IMG/VR virus record: IMGVR_UViG_3300010376_000075
Coordinates: 1 to 38,668 of that record
DNA length: 38,668 nt
Source of the DNA: a virus
Taxonomy: Duplodnaviria; Caudoviricetes
Reading direction: 5' to 3' (one strand)
Shown here: piece after piece, positions 18,282 through 27,873 of the stretch
Position numbering within the stretch: position 1 is the first letter of the stretch
Layout: each line of letters starts with the position of its first letter
The notes under the pieces: model-generated
Database searches by the model: none
What the model was told of the DNA's origin: nothing
What the model saw: only the letters and a program-made list of their open reading frames with translations
Made by a program: the position numbers and the translations under genes

Positions 18282-18439
18282 CCGCGAACCACATCCCACC
18301 CGATAGCGCCGAGTACCTGCACGGGCCACTGCCCAAGTACGAGGACGGCACGTTCACCGTCAAGGGCAAGAAGGTGGACGCCAACAAGCTCAAGCCGCTG
18401 CACGACCCGGAGGCCAAGGAGGAGAAGGATCAGGAGTGA
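18278..18439 (+). CDS. 53-aa protein (MTANHIPPDSAEYLHGPLPKYEDG...), possible immunity/antitoxin
   Basis: Not in the ORF track; ATGA-coupled to the upstream stop and GTGA-coupled to the next start; GGAGG RBS. Confidence 0.7.
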   Translation: MTANHIPPDSAEYLHGPLPKYEDGTFTVKGKKVDANKLKPLHDPEAKEEKDQE

Positions 18440-21400
18440 GCGTCCTGATCGACAGGCGCGCCGTGCTGATCGAGGCACCGGCCCCGACGTTCGTGCTCAC
18501 CCGCGCGCCCACGGTCGCCCCGGTCGTCCCAGGACGCGCTGACGGCCCGCTGAGCGCCACGGGAGACGGACACCTGGGGGATGGGTCCACCCAGCTTGCT
18601 GCCGCCCTCCAGCGCCGCTATCCGGGCCTGAAGATCAAGGCGCTCTACAACGCCGACGGCGACCTGGAGCACGCCTGCGCCTACGATCCGAAGACCGGCC
18701 TGGCTCACGACGCGCGCGGCACGTTCCCGAGCACCGCCACGGCGTTCGACGGGTTCGGCGCGACTGGCGAGCGGGGCACCACCCGCGACGAGTCAGCGCC
18801 TGCACCAGCCGACGGCGACGACGCATGCGATGCCTACGTCACCCGGCACTGGGCACCGTTCGAGACCGGCGGCGCGCTCGACGGGCTAACGCCGGACGCT
18901 GACGCCGACTCGGTCGAACTCGATGCGCTGCTCGGCGGAGACCGCCGCCAGCCCACGTACCGGGCGCTGCCGAGCGCGCGGCTGGAGGAGGCGATCTGGA
19001 ACGACAAGCTGCACCCCCGCTGGCCCGCTGGCACGCCGCATAAGGGCGGGCAGTTCATGAAGGTCGGGGAGCGCTTCCACAAGGACGGTCACGAGTGGGA
19101 GATCACGCAGGTCGCCGGAAACAAGATCATCGCTGCTGAGGCGTCCGGCGTGGTGGACAAGGCCGAGACGCGTGTGTTCGACACCAAGAACGTCGGCCCC
19201 ACGCCCGAGGATAAGAACGTGCTGGTGGGCGCAACGCCTGCTGCGCCGAGGGCGCTCAAGAGCGGCTTCATTCCCGACTACACCAACGCGCAGAAGGCCC
19301 ACATCGCGAAGCTCCAGAAGGAAGGCAAGGAGGCCGAGCTACACACGTATCTCCACAAGATCGAGTCGGGACTCAGCTACATCAAGACGGCGAAGCCGGA
19401 TGAGAACTCCGTCGTCATCGACGCGGACCGTCACCAGGAGACACACGATCCGTCGATCAAGCCGCACCCCCTGTCGAAGCTCACGCCAGCGCAGTGGGAG
19501 CGGTTCGGCAAGGTGGACCAGCTTTATTACAACGAGGTGATGGACCGCTTCGGGGCGTGGCAGACCGCGAGTGGGGGCAAGCCACCGCCGATCAGTTCGC
19601 AGAGCAGCCAGTGGGCCGGGAGGTTGCAGGAGATCCAGGCGGGCGCGCCTTCCGACGCCGTGAGCATGCTCGCCGCCGAGGTGGGCGACCTGAAGGGCGC
19701 AACGCACGGTGACCAGATGTCCGGAGTCAAGGTCTTCGACGGGCTGCTGAAGGATCAGGCTCTCCTCACCAAGGCCCAGGCGAAGTATCAGCGGTTCCGG
19801 GAGCACGAGAGTGACGTGAACTCGCTGATCGCGTGGGATCTCTACAACCGGCTGGCTGCGCCGGACATGACCGTGATCCACAAGGCGGCAGGCGCGGAGG
19901 TCTTCAAGAAGGCCATCCAGGGCAAGGCATCCGTGCTGTCGGGCCTGTCCACGTCGTGGAAGACCGGGTCGTGGTCAGAGCCGCACTCGTTCGTGTTCGC
20001 GATGCCGGTCCGCCAGGTCGCGTTCTTCGAGACGCTGATGGGGCAGGGCTGGGGGTCGGGTAGCGGCGAGAGCGAACTGGCGAACCTGGACCGGCTCAAG
20101 GTGGGCGCGGGCGCGGGCTACTACCAAAACCACGAGATGGGGCACGGCGCATCGGGGCAGGCCGCGAAGCTGTGGAAGTGGCTCACCGGCCAACTGAACA
20201 AGGACGGGCAGGGCGGCGGGCTGGCGGCGAACCTCAAGAAGCACTTCGCGGACGACGATCCGTTCACGCTCGATCTCGGCACCGTCGATCTCAACTTCCA
20301 ACTCAAGAAGGCAGCCGGGGCGAAGACGTACTGGATCCCGCCCGACGACGTGATGCAGCACATCGAGGAGGCCGTCACCGCCAATCCGGGGCACGAGGCG
20401 TGGGAGGAGCAGAAGTCGATTGCGGACATGCCCGAGGACATGAAGCCGAAGCCGGGCATGATCGTCACGAAGGGCGGGCAGCAGGCCGGGACGCGCTACC
20501 TGGTGATCCAGAGCGATGCGGTCGGCAAGAACGAGATCCAGTACATCCCGCTGCTGACCGGCTCCAACGACTACGACGTGAACCCGACCGGCGGGGGCTA
20601 CAAGAGCACCAAGTGCAAGGTGATCTTGGGCGATGACGGCAAGCCGCTGTTCTTTCCGCTGCCGCCGCCGCCGCAGGAGCGCACGTGGTCGCACGACCTG
20701 AGTTCGCTGGCTCCGGCCGGTCCGGCGATCCCGGTCGGCACGATGAACATCGGGGACAAGATCGCGGTCAACGGCGACCACTGGAAGATCACCAAGAAGA
20801 CCAGCAGTCTGGTCACGATCCAGTCGCTGTCGGACGGCAGCGAGGGCACTGTCGATTCGCTGGGCAAGACTAAGAAGCTCGAACCGACCGGCGTGGGGCA
20901 CGTCGGTGGCACAGCTAAGTACGAGCCGAAGGCAGGCGCGGACGCGATCTTCGGCAATCAGGTCGTTCATCTGACCGAGGTCGGTGGGCCGGGCGACGAG
21001 ACGGTCAAGGGCGTCAAGCCGGACGGCTCGACGTTCACCACCGCCAAGTCCGGCATCACGCAACTGGAGCCGCTGCCGAAGCTGACGCCGCAGAAGGGCG
21101 ACACGTTCCCCTACGACGGCACGAAGATGACCGTCACCAACGTCATGAAGGACGGCACGGTCAAGGCCAAGGGACCGGCCGACTCCAACTGGCCGCACGT
21201 GATCGCGTTCGGTCACGAGGGCAGCGGCCCCGCCGCACCCACCGTCACTGACCTGTTTCGCCCTGGCGACTATCAGCCCGGCGCGAAGCAGAAGCTCCAC
21301 TCCTACACGCCCGGCGCGCTTGTCTCCGGCTCCGGCGCGAAGGTCCACCCCTACCAGGTGCTCGGCACCCAGGGCACCAAGACGTGGCTGAAGAACCTCG

Positions 21401-24400
21401 ACACCGGCGAGGTCAGCGCCGTCTCGAAGAATGTGAGCTACGCATCGCTCGGCCCCAAGATCGAGGTCCCGCCCGGACCCGAGCCGCACGTGGGACCGGT
21501 CCCGCACGAGCAGTGGAAGATGGGCGACAAGGTCGCCACCGAGGATCTCCAGATCGGGGACAAGATCAACACTGGCGGCGGCGCAGACTGGATCGTCGCG
21601 GGCGAGTCTACGCACCAGGGCGAGGTGGGCTGGCAGCTTGAGGGCGCGACGGATCCGAGCGTGGACGCCTGGATCCCGAAGAATCTGAGCGGCAAGAGCG
21701 GCAAGGACGACCTGATCACGTACCTCGGCAAGGGCGAGGCCGTCAAGCCGGTGCCGGTCTCGGTCAAGCCGAGCGAGTTGACCGACGTGGTCGAGCACGG
21801 CGGGCTGGCCGCGTTCGCATGGCCCAAGAGCGGCACCAAGCAGCACCCCAAGCTGAGCACGTTCCCCGAGGGCGCGCACGTCTACGACAAGAAGAAGCAA
21901 CTGTGGAAGGTCCAGCAGCCCGGCGAGCACCCGATTCTCACCGACGGTCAGAACCTCTACAAGGCCGACGGCAACCTGTACGTCAACACCGCCGAGCCGG
22001 GCACGTTCAAGCCGCTGGAGGACACGCCGACCGTTAGTGCTCCGCTCGGCTCCCAGCACGTGCCGAACTACGCCGCAGGCCTGAAGCTCGGCCAGCTTGA
22101 CCTGAAGACCGGCGACGAGTTCACGATGCCCAACGGGACCTACAAGATGATGCCGGGTGGCCAGGCGCTCTCACCCGACGGCAACATCGTCACACCGGGG
22201 CCGAACTGGACGCCCGACACGTACATGAAGGCCAAGCCGCCGAGTGGCGCGCCGTCAGCCGTGCTGCCACCGAACATCGGTGACAAGTCACTCGCGGAAC
22301 TGAACCCCAAGCCGGGTGACCAGTTCACCACTCACGGTCACACGTGGACCATCGACACGGTCACCTCCGCGCAGAACGTGAGCGCGCACGCCAACGATGC
22401 GGCGATCACCAAGGCGTTCCACAGCTTCGTTGTGCCGACGCACTACGAGCACGCACCGGAGCCAGAGCCGCAGCCCGCCCCGAGCGTTATCGGCAGGCCA
22501 CCGGCGGGGTTCGAGCCGATCCTCGACATGCAGGGCAACCCAGCGAAGTTCAAGGCCGATCAGATGCAGGCCAACGACATGGCGCTCAGCAAGGAGGGCC
22601 TGGTCTACCTGCACCACGACACTGTGGACGGCGACCAGTGGAAGAAGATCGGCGGCGAGAAGGTGGACATCGCTCCGACCGACGAGGTCGTGCCGCTCGG
22701 CATCGAGAAGGGATTCCCGAACCCCGACCAGATCTCAATGACCACCGACTACCAGGACATCCACGACATCCCGACCGGGCAGACGTTCTTCACCTCCGGC
22801 GACCCGTGGGTCGTGCTCGGCCACGGTGACGCTGGCACCGAGGCGATGAATCTCAAGACCGGCGTGATCCTGCCCGCACCCGCCGCGCAGTCAGGGAAGT
22901 TCGCGCTGGGCGACTACAAGCACGGCGAGCCCGCCGGGCCGGAGCCGATAGGGCCGGACTCCGCACTGAACACGATGCTCGCGGACTACGAGGCCGGGCA
23001 GCCAGGCGTCTACGGCTCGTGGTCGGTCAAGAAGACGACTGAGAACGGCACCGCCCTGTACTTCCACGACACGCCGATTGCCTGGAAGGCCTCCAACGGC
23101 GAGCACTATGTGACCACCGAGCCGCCCAGCGAGACGCCGCAGGGCATCGCGACACCAGCCGCTATGCAGGTCGTCGGCCATCTCCAGAACGAGCACCCGA
23201 GCGCGCACCCCGTTCCGGAGTCGGTGCTCGGTGCCATCCCGCTCGCGCCCGGCCAGCCCGGCGAGCACCCGGTCGCATCGGTCCACACGTCACCCACCGT
23301 CGCGCAGCCCGGCATCGCGCTGGCCACGTCGCTGAAGAAGGGCCACCAGTTCAAGATCAAGCTCGACGGCACGGGGGCCGAGTACGAGGCGCTCGAAGAC
23401 GCCAAGCCGGGCATGAAATCCATTCAGGCCAAGCACCTCAAGAGCGGCAAGGTCTACCCCTGGAAGGTGTACAGCGACGACAAGCAGGTGCTGATCACCA
23501 AGGCACCCGAGCCCGCCGCTGTCGCGCCGCCGCCGGACATCCCCGACTTCCACGGCAACGCCCAGGACAAGTCCATCGGTGAGCTAGGGCTGGGCGTCGG
23601 TGACTTCTTCAAGGACGGCGGGGTCACACACCAGATCACCGGCGAGAGCGAGAACACGGTCACCACCAAGGACCCGATCAACGGGATCACCTACGGCGGC
23701 ACCTCGAAGGAGTTCGTGCCGTCCTTCATCCCGGTCAAGGACGAGCCAGCCCCGTCGCCGTCAGCGCCGATCCCGGACAAGCAGTGGGCCACGCTGGGCG
23801 AGTTGAACGTCGGGGACAAGTACACGTTCCAGGGCATCGACCCCGGCTACGGCAACGAGGTCATCGCCAAGGACGCCAACAACATCACGATCAAGGACGA
23901 GCACACCGGCCAAGAGGAGACGCTGCCGCTCAGCACGCCGTGGACGACCCAGCCGATCCTCACCTACAAGGCACCCGCGCCCGCCGGTGGCAACGCGGCC
24001 GGGCAACTGGGCGCGCCGCCGCACATCTCCGAGATGCCGATCCAGCCGTACCTGTGGCCAAAGAGCGGCAGCAAGAAGTTCGATGAGCTTTCGACCCTCC
24101 AGCCCGGCGAGCAGTTCACCGACAAGAACGGTGTGAAGGGCACCGTCTACAAGCACAACGTCAAGCAGCTAGGCGACCCGACCGCCACCACGACCGTGCA
24201 GATGCCGGACGGCGGCATGATCGACATCCCGCAGCAGTTCGTAAACGAGAAGGGCAAGGTGCTCCCGACGCGGATCAGCAAGCTGAGCACCACCGTGCCG
24301 GTGCCCGAGCCCGCCACGCTCACGTCGGTTCACCAGGGCAACGACGCGGTCCAGGCGCTCGTGCAAGGTGACGTAGCCAGCTTCGGGGACTGGCACACCG

Positions 24401-27400
24401 AGCTAGCCGGACCCGAGGGCCACAAGTTCACGATGGTCCTCTACCACAAGCAGATGCCCGTCGCCTACAGCGACCCGGACGGCCAGGTCCACATCACCCC
24501 GTCCAAGTTCATCCCCGAGATAGACGACGTGATCCAGACGCTCAAGGCGGCGGAGCCGAACTACGTCAGCCCGGACGCCAACACGTTCTTCGAGAAGAAT
24601 CTCGCGGATCTCTCAGGGCCGAAGTCGGTGACGTGGAAGACCGCGCGCGTGGGCGACATCGTCAAGACCATCGGCGGCGACGTGCCGTTCAAGATCACGG
24701 GCCAGTCGGCCACCAACTGGGAGATCACCTCCCAGACCGACGGCTCGATGACGCACATCCCGAAGGACTCGACGCTGGCCATCGAACTGGTCGGCCACGA
24801 GTCCGTCGCCGGGCTGCCGCAGGCGGTGGCACCCGGTCACCAGGAGGCCATGGAGATCGCAGACAAGTGGATGAAGGGCCAGGGCATGACGCCCGACCAG
24901 GTCACCGAGGTCCACAACAACGTCGCGGCGTTCATCGCGGAGCACCCCGAGCAGCAGATCGGCCAGGCGTACGCCACCTCGATCCTCGACAAGACCATGA
25001 CCGGTCCGACCGTCTCCAGCCCCTACGGCTACAACGGCCTGGTAGACAACATCAACAAGGCGCAGGACGCGGCGAAGGTGGGCGAGCCGCAGGTCACGCC
25101 GTACATGGGTGACCCGGCCCCGCTGAACCCGAAGATGGTCGCGAACACGGCCGGTCTGCAACTCAACCAGCTACCGGTCGGCACCGTGTTCTCCACCCCG
25201 TCGATGGGTGACGAGAGCACCGGCGTCTACTTCACCCACAAGATCACCGCCAACGAGGACGGCAAGGTCATTGGTGACGACGGCGGACCGCTCGTAGCTG
25301 ACGCCATCCCGTCGCACGTCTGGGTCCCGCCGGACGCCGGACAGAAGGACGGCAACGGTGAGAAGCTCGCGCCGGGCGATGCGGTCGCGTGGAACGGCGC
25401 GGAGGGCTACACGTACTCCGGGCAGCATCCCGACGACGGCACCGTCGCGATCATCAAGGACGCCCAGGGCGACGACCTGTACGTCTCCCCCGAGGAACTC
25501 TCGACGCTCGGACCGCAGCCCCCTGCCGCGCCGCCGACAGCCGAGGTCGAGGACATCCCCTACGCCGACGACGCCAGCCCGCACGGCCAGGCGATCAACG
25601 CCGCCGACGACTGGCTGCTCAAGGTCGTGCCCACCGCGAAGACGGCCAACTGGATCCACGTGCGCGCCGCCGAGCAGAAGGCGACATGGCCCGGCTGGAC
25701 GTGGGGCGAGGCGTACGCGTCCGCGACCGGCGAGGCGCTGCCCGATCTCAGCACCGAGCAGAAGCAGGATCTCGCGAACTTCATCGACAAGAACCTGATC
25801 CCGGAGCCGAAGACGCCACAGGGGACCATGGTCAAGGCCAAGGATCTGCACCAGGGCGACAAGATCATCCCGCCCGAGAACTACGGCGAGACGTTCGTCG
25901 TCAACGGCCCATCCGACGACGGCCAGCACTGGTCGATCACCAACGAGGACGGCTGGATGTCCTCCACGATCCCGATGAACGACACGTACGTCGAGCACGT
26001 CGGCTACGCGTCAGCGCCGCCGGAGACCAAGGCCGCGCCCGAGATGCTCCCGCACGCCGCCGGACCGGCGACCACGATCCCGAACTACACCTCCGCCACC
26101 AACGGCGGGCTGGACCTGACGATCACCGGCGGAGCCGGAGGCACCACCGGCGCGCAGAACGCGACCGGCCCGAACGGCTCGAAGTGGCTGATCAAGGGCT
26201 ACGGCGGCAACCAGGACCGGGTCGCGACCGAGGTGCTCGCCAACGCCGTCTACCGCACCATGGGCCTGAACGCAGCCGAGGCCGGGATCATCAACACGCC
26301 GGACGGCCAGACAAAGCTCGCCTACGAGAAGGTCGGCGGCGACATCAAGCACTGGTCCGGCACCGACGAGGCCAAGATGAAGGCGCTCGGCCAGGGCATC
26401 ATGACCGACGCGCTCGTGGGCAACTGGGACTTCGCCGGGCTGGAGGACGACAACGTGCTCTGGAACGGCGACGACCCGACCCGCATCGACCAGGGCGGCA
26501 CGTTCATGTACCGCGCGCAGGGCAAGCCGAAGCCGTTCGGACCCGAGCCGGTCGAGGTCAAGTCGCTGCTCTCCGGCCAGGGCCAGGGCGTCAACGGCGT
26601 GAGCGTCTCGGCGCAGGAGATGCGCCAGCAGGCAGCCCAGATCGCCCAGACGATGACGCCGGAGAAGATCGACCAGCTTGTGGACGCCGCGCCGTTCAAG
26701 GACCAGCAGATGAAGGAGCAGATCCGCAACAACCTCAAGGCGCGCGTGGACTGGATGTACGAGTTCGCGGACGGCGCGCACGCCGACATGCTCCAGGGCG
26801 TCAAGCTCGCGCCGGACCCCAGCCCGCCGCCAACACCCAAGCCGGAGGTCAAGGAGCTACTCGACGCGACCGACTGGACCGACGAGCACAAGGACGCCTA
26901 CCACGCCGCGCAGGGCTGGCTCGCGGACCAGGGCCTGCCGTGGAACACGTCCGTGGCGATCCACAAAGACGCCATGGGCTACCACGACGACCCGGCGGGC
27001 GGTGCCTACGGCGACTGGCCGATGGCGTACACGTGGGCGGCGGGCGACAACGCTGCGGTGCAACTCGACAACCAGCACGCGCAGATCGCCGGACCCATCG
27101 AGCAGGCGCTCGGCATCACGAAGGCGCAGCCGGAGCCGTACACCGGCGTCCACTCCATCGAGTGGCAGAAGGCTGCCAACGCCGCCGACCTGTACCTCAA
27201 GGACCACGGCGTCTCGGCCAGCACCATCGGGGACATCCACAGCAGCGCCGCGAGCTACCACGACAGCGGCGAGTCGTGGACGAATGCGTACGAGCTAGCC
27301 GCGAACGACCACATCCCGCCCGGCGACACGGGCACGCCCATCGTCCAGGGCATCCGCGACCCGGTCGATCAGTCGCTCGGCATCACGAAGGTGCCCGCCG

Positions 27401-27873
27401 ATACCCCGAGCTACGCCGCCAAGTACGAGGTCGGCCACACCGTGAGCTACGCCACGAACGAGGGCACCAAGACCGGCACGATCACCAAGGACGTGAGCAT
27501 GTCCGCCACCCAGCACGCCTACGAGATGGACAACGGCGACAAGGTGGACGAGTACAGCATCGGCGGCAAGGTCGCCGCGCCGAGCACGCCGCCGGTCGCG
27601 CCGAGCAGCCCACCGGCGGTCGAGGACATGCCGATCACCCCGTACCTCTGGCCGAAGGGCGGCAAGACGAAGTTCGCCAGCCTCGGCTCCATCGGACCCG
27701 GCGGTCAGTTCACCGACAAGTCCGGCACCAAGTACATCGTCGTCTCAAACACCGGCGGGGTCACGGTCGCGCAGCCGATCATCAACGGCCAGCCCGGCGC
27801 AGCGATCACGATCCCGCAGTCGATGACGAAGAAGGGCAAGGTCCAACCCGCCTACGTCAACCAGGTCTCCTGA
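18436..27873 (+). CDS. 3145-aa giant repeat-rich protein with PI3/4-kinase/HipA-like domain, likely a virion internal/ejected protein
   Basis: LEEA...LHPR tag; many [LM]xxGDxF SH3/KOW-like repeats; kinase-like domain at ~26128-26760; strong GC3 bias throughout. Confidence 0.8.
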   Translation: MSVLIDRRAVLIEAPAPTFVLTRAPTVAPVVPGRADGPLSATGDGHLGDGSTQLAAALQRRYPGLKIKALYNADGDLEHACAYDPKTGLAHDARGTFPSTATAFDGFGATGERGTTRDESAPAPADGDDACDAYVTRHWAPFETGGALDGLTPDADADSVELDALLGGDRRQPTYRALPSARLEEAIWNDKLHPRWPAGTPHKGGQFMKVGERFHKDGHEWEITQVAGNKIIAAEASGVVDKAETRVFDTKNVGPTPEDKNVLVGATPAAPRALKSGFIPDYTNAQKAHIAKLQKEGKEAELHTYLHKIESGLSYIKTAKPDENSVVIDADRHQETHDPSIKPHPLSKLTPAQWERFGKVDQLYYNEVMDRFGAWQTASGGKPPPISSQSSQWAGRLQEIQAGAPSDAVSMLAAEVGDLKGATHGDQMSGVKVFDGLLKDQALLTKAQAKYQRFREHESDVNSLIAWDLYNRLAAPDMTVIHKAAGAEVFKKAIQGKASVLSGLSTSWKTGSWSEPHSFVFAMPVRQVAFFETLMGQGWGSGSGESELANLDRLKVGAGAGYYQNHEMGHGASGQAAKLWKWLTGQLNKDGQGGGLAANLKKHFADDDPFTLDLGTVDLNFQLKKAAGAKTYWIPPDDVMQHIEEAVTANPGHEAWEEQKSIADMPEDMKPKPGMIVTKGGQQAGTRYLVIQSDAVGKNEIQYIPLLTGSNDYDVNPTGGGYKSTKCKVILGDDGKPLFFPLPPPPQERTWSHDLSSLAPAGPAIPVGTMNIGDKIAVNGDHWKITKKTSSLVTIQSLSDGSEGTVDSLGKTKKLEPTGVGHVGGTAKYEPKAGADAIFGNQVVHLTEVGGPGDETVKGVKPDGSTFTTAKSGITQLEPLPKLTPQKGDTFPYDGTKMTVTNVMKDGTVKAKGPADSNWPHVIAFGHEGSGPAAPTVTDLFRPGDYQPGAKQKLHSYTPGALVSGSGAKVHPYQVLGTQGTKTWLKNLDTGEVSAVSKNVSYASLGPKIEVPPGPEPHVGPVPHEQWKMGDKVATEDLQIGDKINTGGGADWIVAGESTHQGEVGWQLEGATDPSVDAWIPKNLSGKSGKDDLITYLGKGEAVKPVPVSVKPSELTDVVEHGGLAAFAWPKSGTKQHPKLSTFPEGAHVYDKKKQLWKVQQPGEHPILTDGQNLYKADGNLYVNTAEPGTFKPLEDTPTVSAPLGSQHVPNYAAGLKLGQLDLKTGDEFTMPNGTYKMMPGGQALSPDGNIVTPGPNWTPDTYMKAKPPSGAPSAVLPPNIGDKSLAELNPKPGDQFTTHGHTWTIDTVTSAQNVSAHANDAAITKAFHSFVVPTHYEHAPEPEPQPAPSVIGRPPAGFEPILDMQGNPAKFKADQMQANDMALSKEGLVYLHHDTVDGDQWKKIGGEKVDIAPTDEVVPLGIEKGFPNPDQISMTTDYQDIHDIPTGQTFFTSGDPWVVLGHGDAGTEAMNLKTGVILPAPAAQSGKFALGDYKHGEPAGPEPIGPDSALNTMLADYEAGQPGVYGSWSVKKTTENGTALYFHDTPIAWKASNGEHYVTTEPPSETPQGIATPAAMQVVGHLQNEHPSAHPVPESVLGAIPLAPGQPGEHPVASVHTSPTVAQPGIALATSLKKGHQFKIKLDGTGAEYEALEDAKPGMKSIQAKHLKSGKVYPWKVYSDDKQVLITKAPEPAAVAPPPDIPDFHGNAQDKSIGELGLGVGDFFKDGGVTHQITGESENTVTTKDPINGITYGGTSKEFVPSFIPVKDEPAPSPSAPIPDKQWATLGELNVGDKYTFQGIDPGYGNEVIAKDANNITIKDEHTGQEETLPLSTPWTTQPILTYKAPAPAGGNAAGQLGAPPHISEMPIQPYLWPKSGSKKFDELSTLQPGEQFTDKNGVKGTVYKHNVKQLGDPTATTTVQMPDGGMIDIPQQFVNEKGKVLPTRISKLSTTVPVPEPATLTSVHQGNDAVQALVQGDVASFGDWHTELAGPEGHKFTMVLYHKQMPVAYSDPDGQVHITPSKFIPEIDDVIQTLKAAEPNYVSPDANTFFEKNLADLSGPKSVTWKTARVGDIVKTIGGDVPFKITGQSATNWEITSQTDGSMTHIPKDSTLAIELVGHESVAGLPQAVAPGHQEAMEIADKWMKGQGMTPDQVTEVHNNVAAFIAEHPEQQIGQAYATSILDKTMTGPTVSSPYGYNGLVDNINKAQDAAKVGEPQVTPYMGDPAPLNPKMVANTAGLQLNQLPVGTVFSTPSMGDESTGVYFTHKITANEDGKVIGDDGGPLVADAIPSHVWVPPDAGQKDGNGEKLAPGDAVAWNGAEGYTYSGQHPDDGTVAIIKDAQGDDLYVSPEELSTLGPQPPAAPPTAEVEDIPYADDASPHGQAINAADDWLLKVVPTAKTANWIHVRAAEQKATWPGWTWGEAYASATGEALPDLSTEQKQDLANFIDKNLIPEPKTPQGTMVKAKDLHQGDKIIPPENYGETFVVNGPSDDGQHWSITNEDGWMSSTIPMNDTYVEHVGYASAPPETKAAPEMLPHAAGPATTIPNYTSATNGGLDLTITGGAGGTTGAQNATGPNGSKWLIKGYGGNQDRVATEVLANAVYRTMGLNAAEAGIINTPDGQTKLAYEKVGGDIKHWSGTDEAKMKALGQGIMTDALVGNWDFAGLEDDNVLWNGDDPTRIDQGGTFMYRAQGKPKPFGPEPVEVKSLLSGQGQGVNGVSVSAQEMRQQAAQIAQTMTPEKIDQLVDAAPFKDQQMKEQIRNNLKARVDWMYEFADGAHADMLQGVKLAPDPSPPPTPKPEVKELLDATDWTDEHKDAYHAAQGWLADQGLPWNTSVAIHKDAMGYHDDPAGGAYGDWPMAYTWAAGDNAAVQLDNQHAQIAGPIEQALGITKAQPEPYTGVHSIEWQKAANAADLYLKDHGVSASTIGDIHSSAASYHDSGESWTNAYELAANDHIPPGDTGTPIVQGIRDPVDQSLGITKVPADTPSYAAKYEVGHTVSYATNEGTKTGTITKDVSMSATQHAYEMDNGDKVDEYSIGGKVAAPSTPPVAPSSPPAVEDMPITPYLWPKGGKTKFASLGSIGPGGQFTDKSGTKYIVVSNTGGVTVAQPIINGQPGAAITIPQSMTKKGKVQPAYVNQVS

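Noticed and set aside
18436-27873. Giant ORF as a tape measure or tail fibre
   Set aside because: No helical Ala/Gly-rich TMP periodicity, no flanking tail genes, and it carries a kinase-like domain and the head-cargo tag
12261-27873. Inteins or a programmed frameshift joining the two giant ORFs
   Set aside because: No C...HN[CST] splice motifs recognised; the gap is filled by a separately coupled 53-aa ORF and no slippery site was seen
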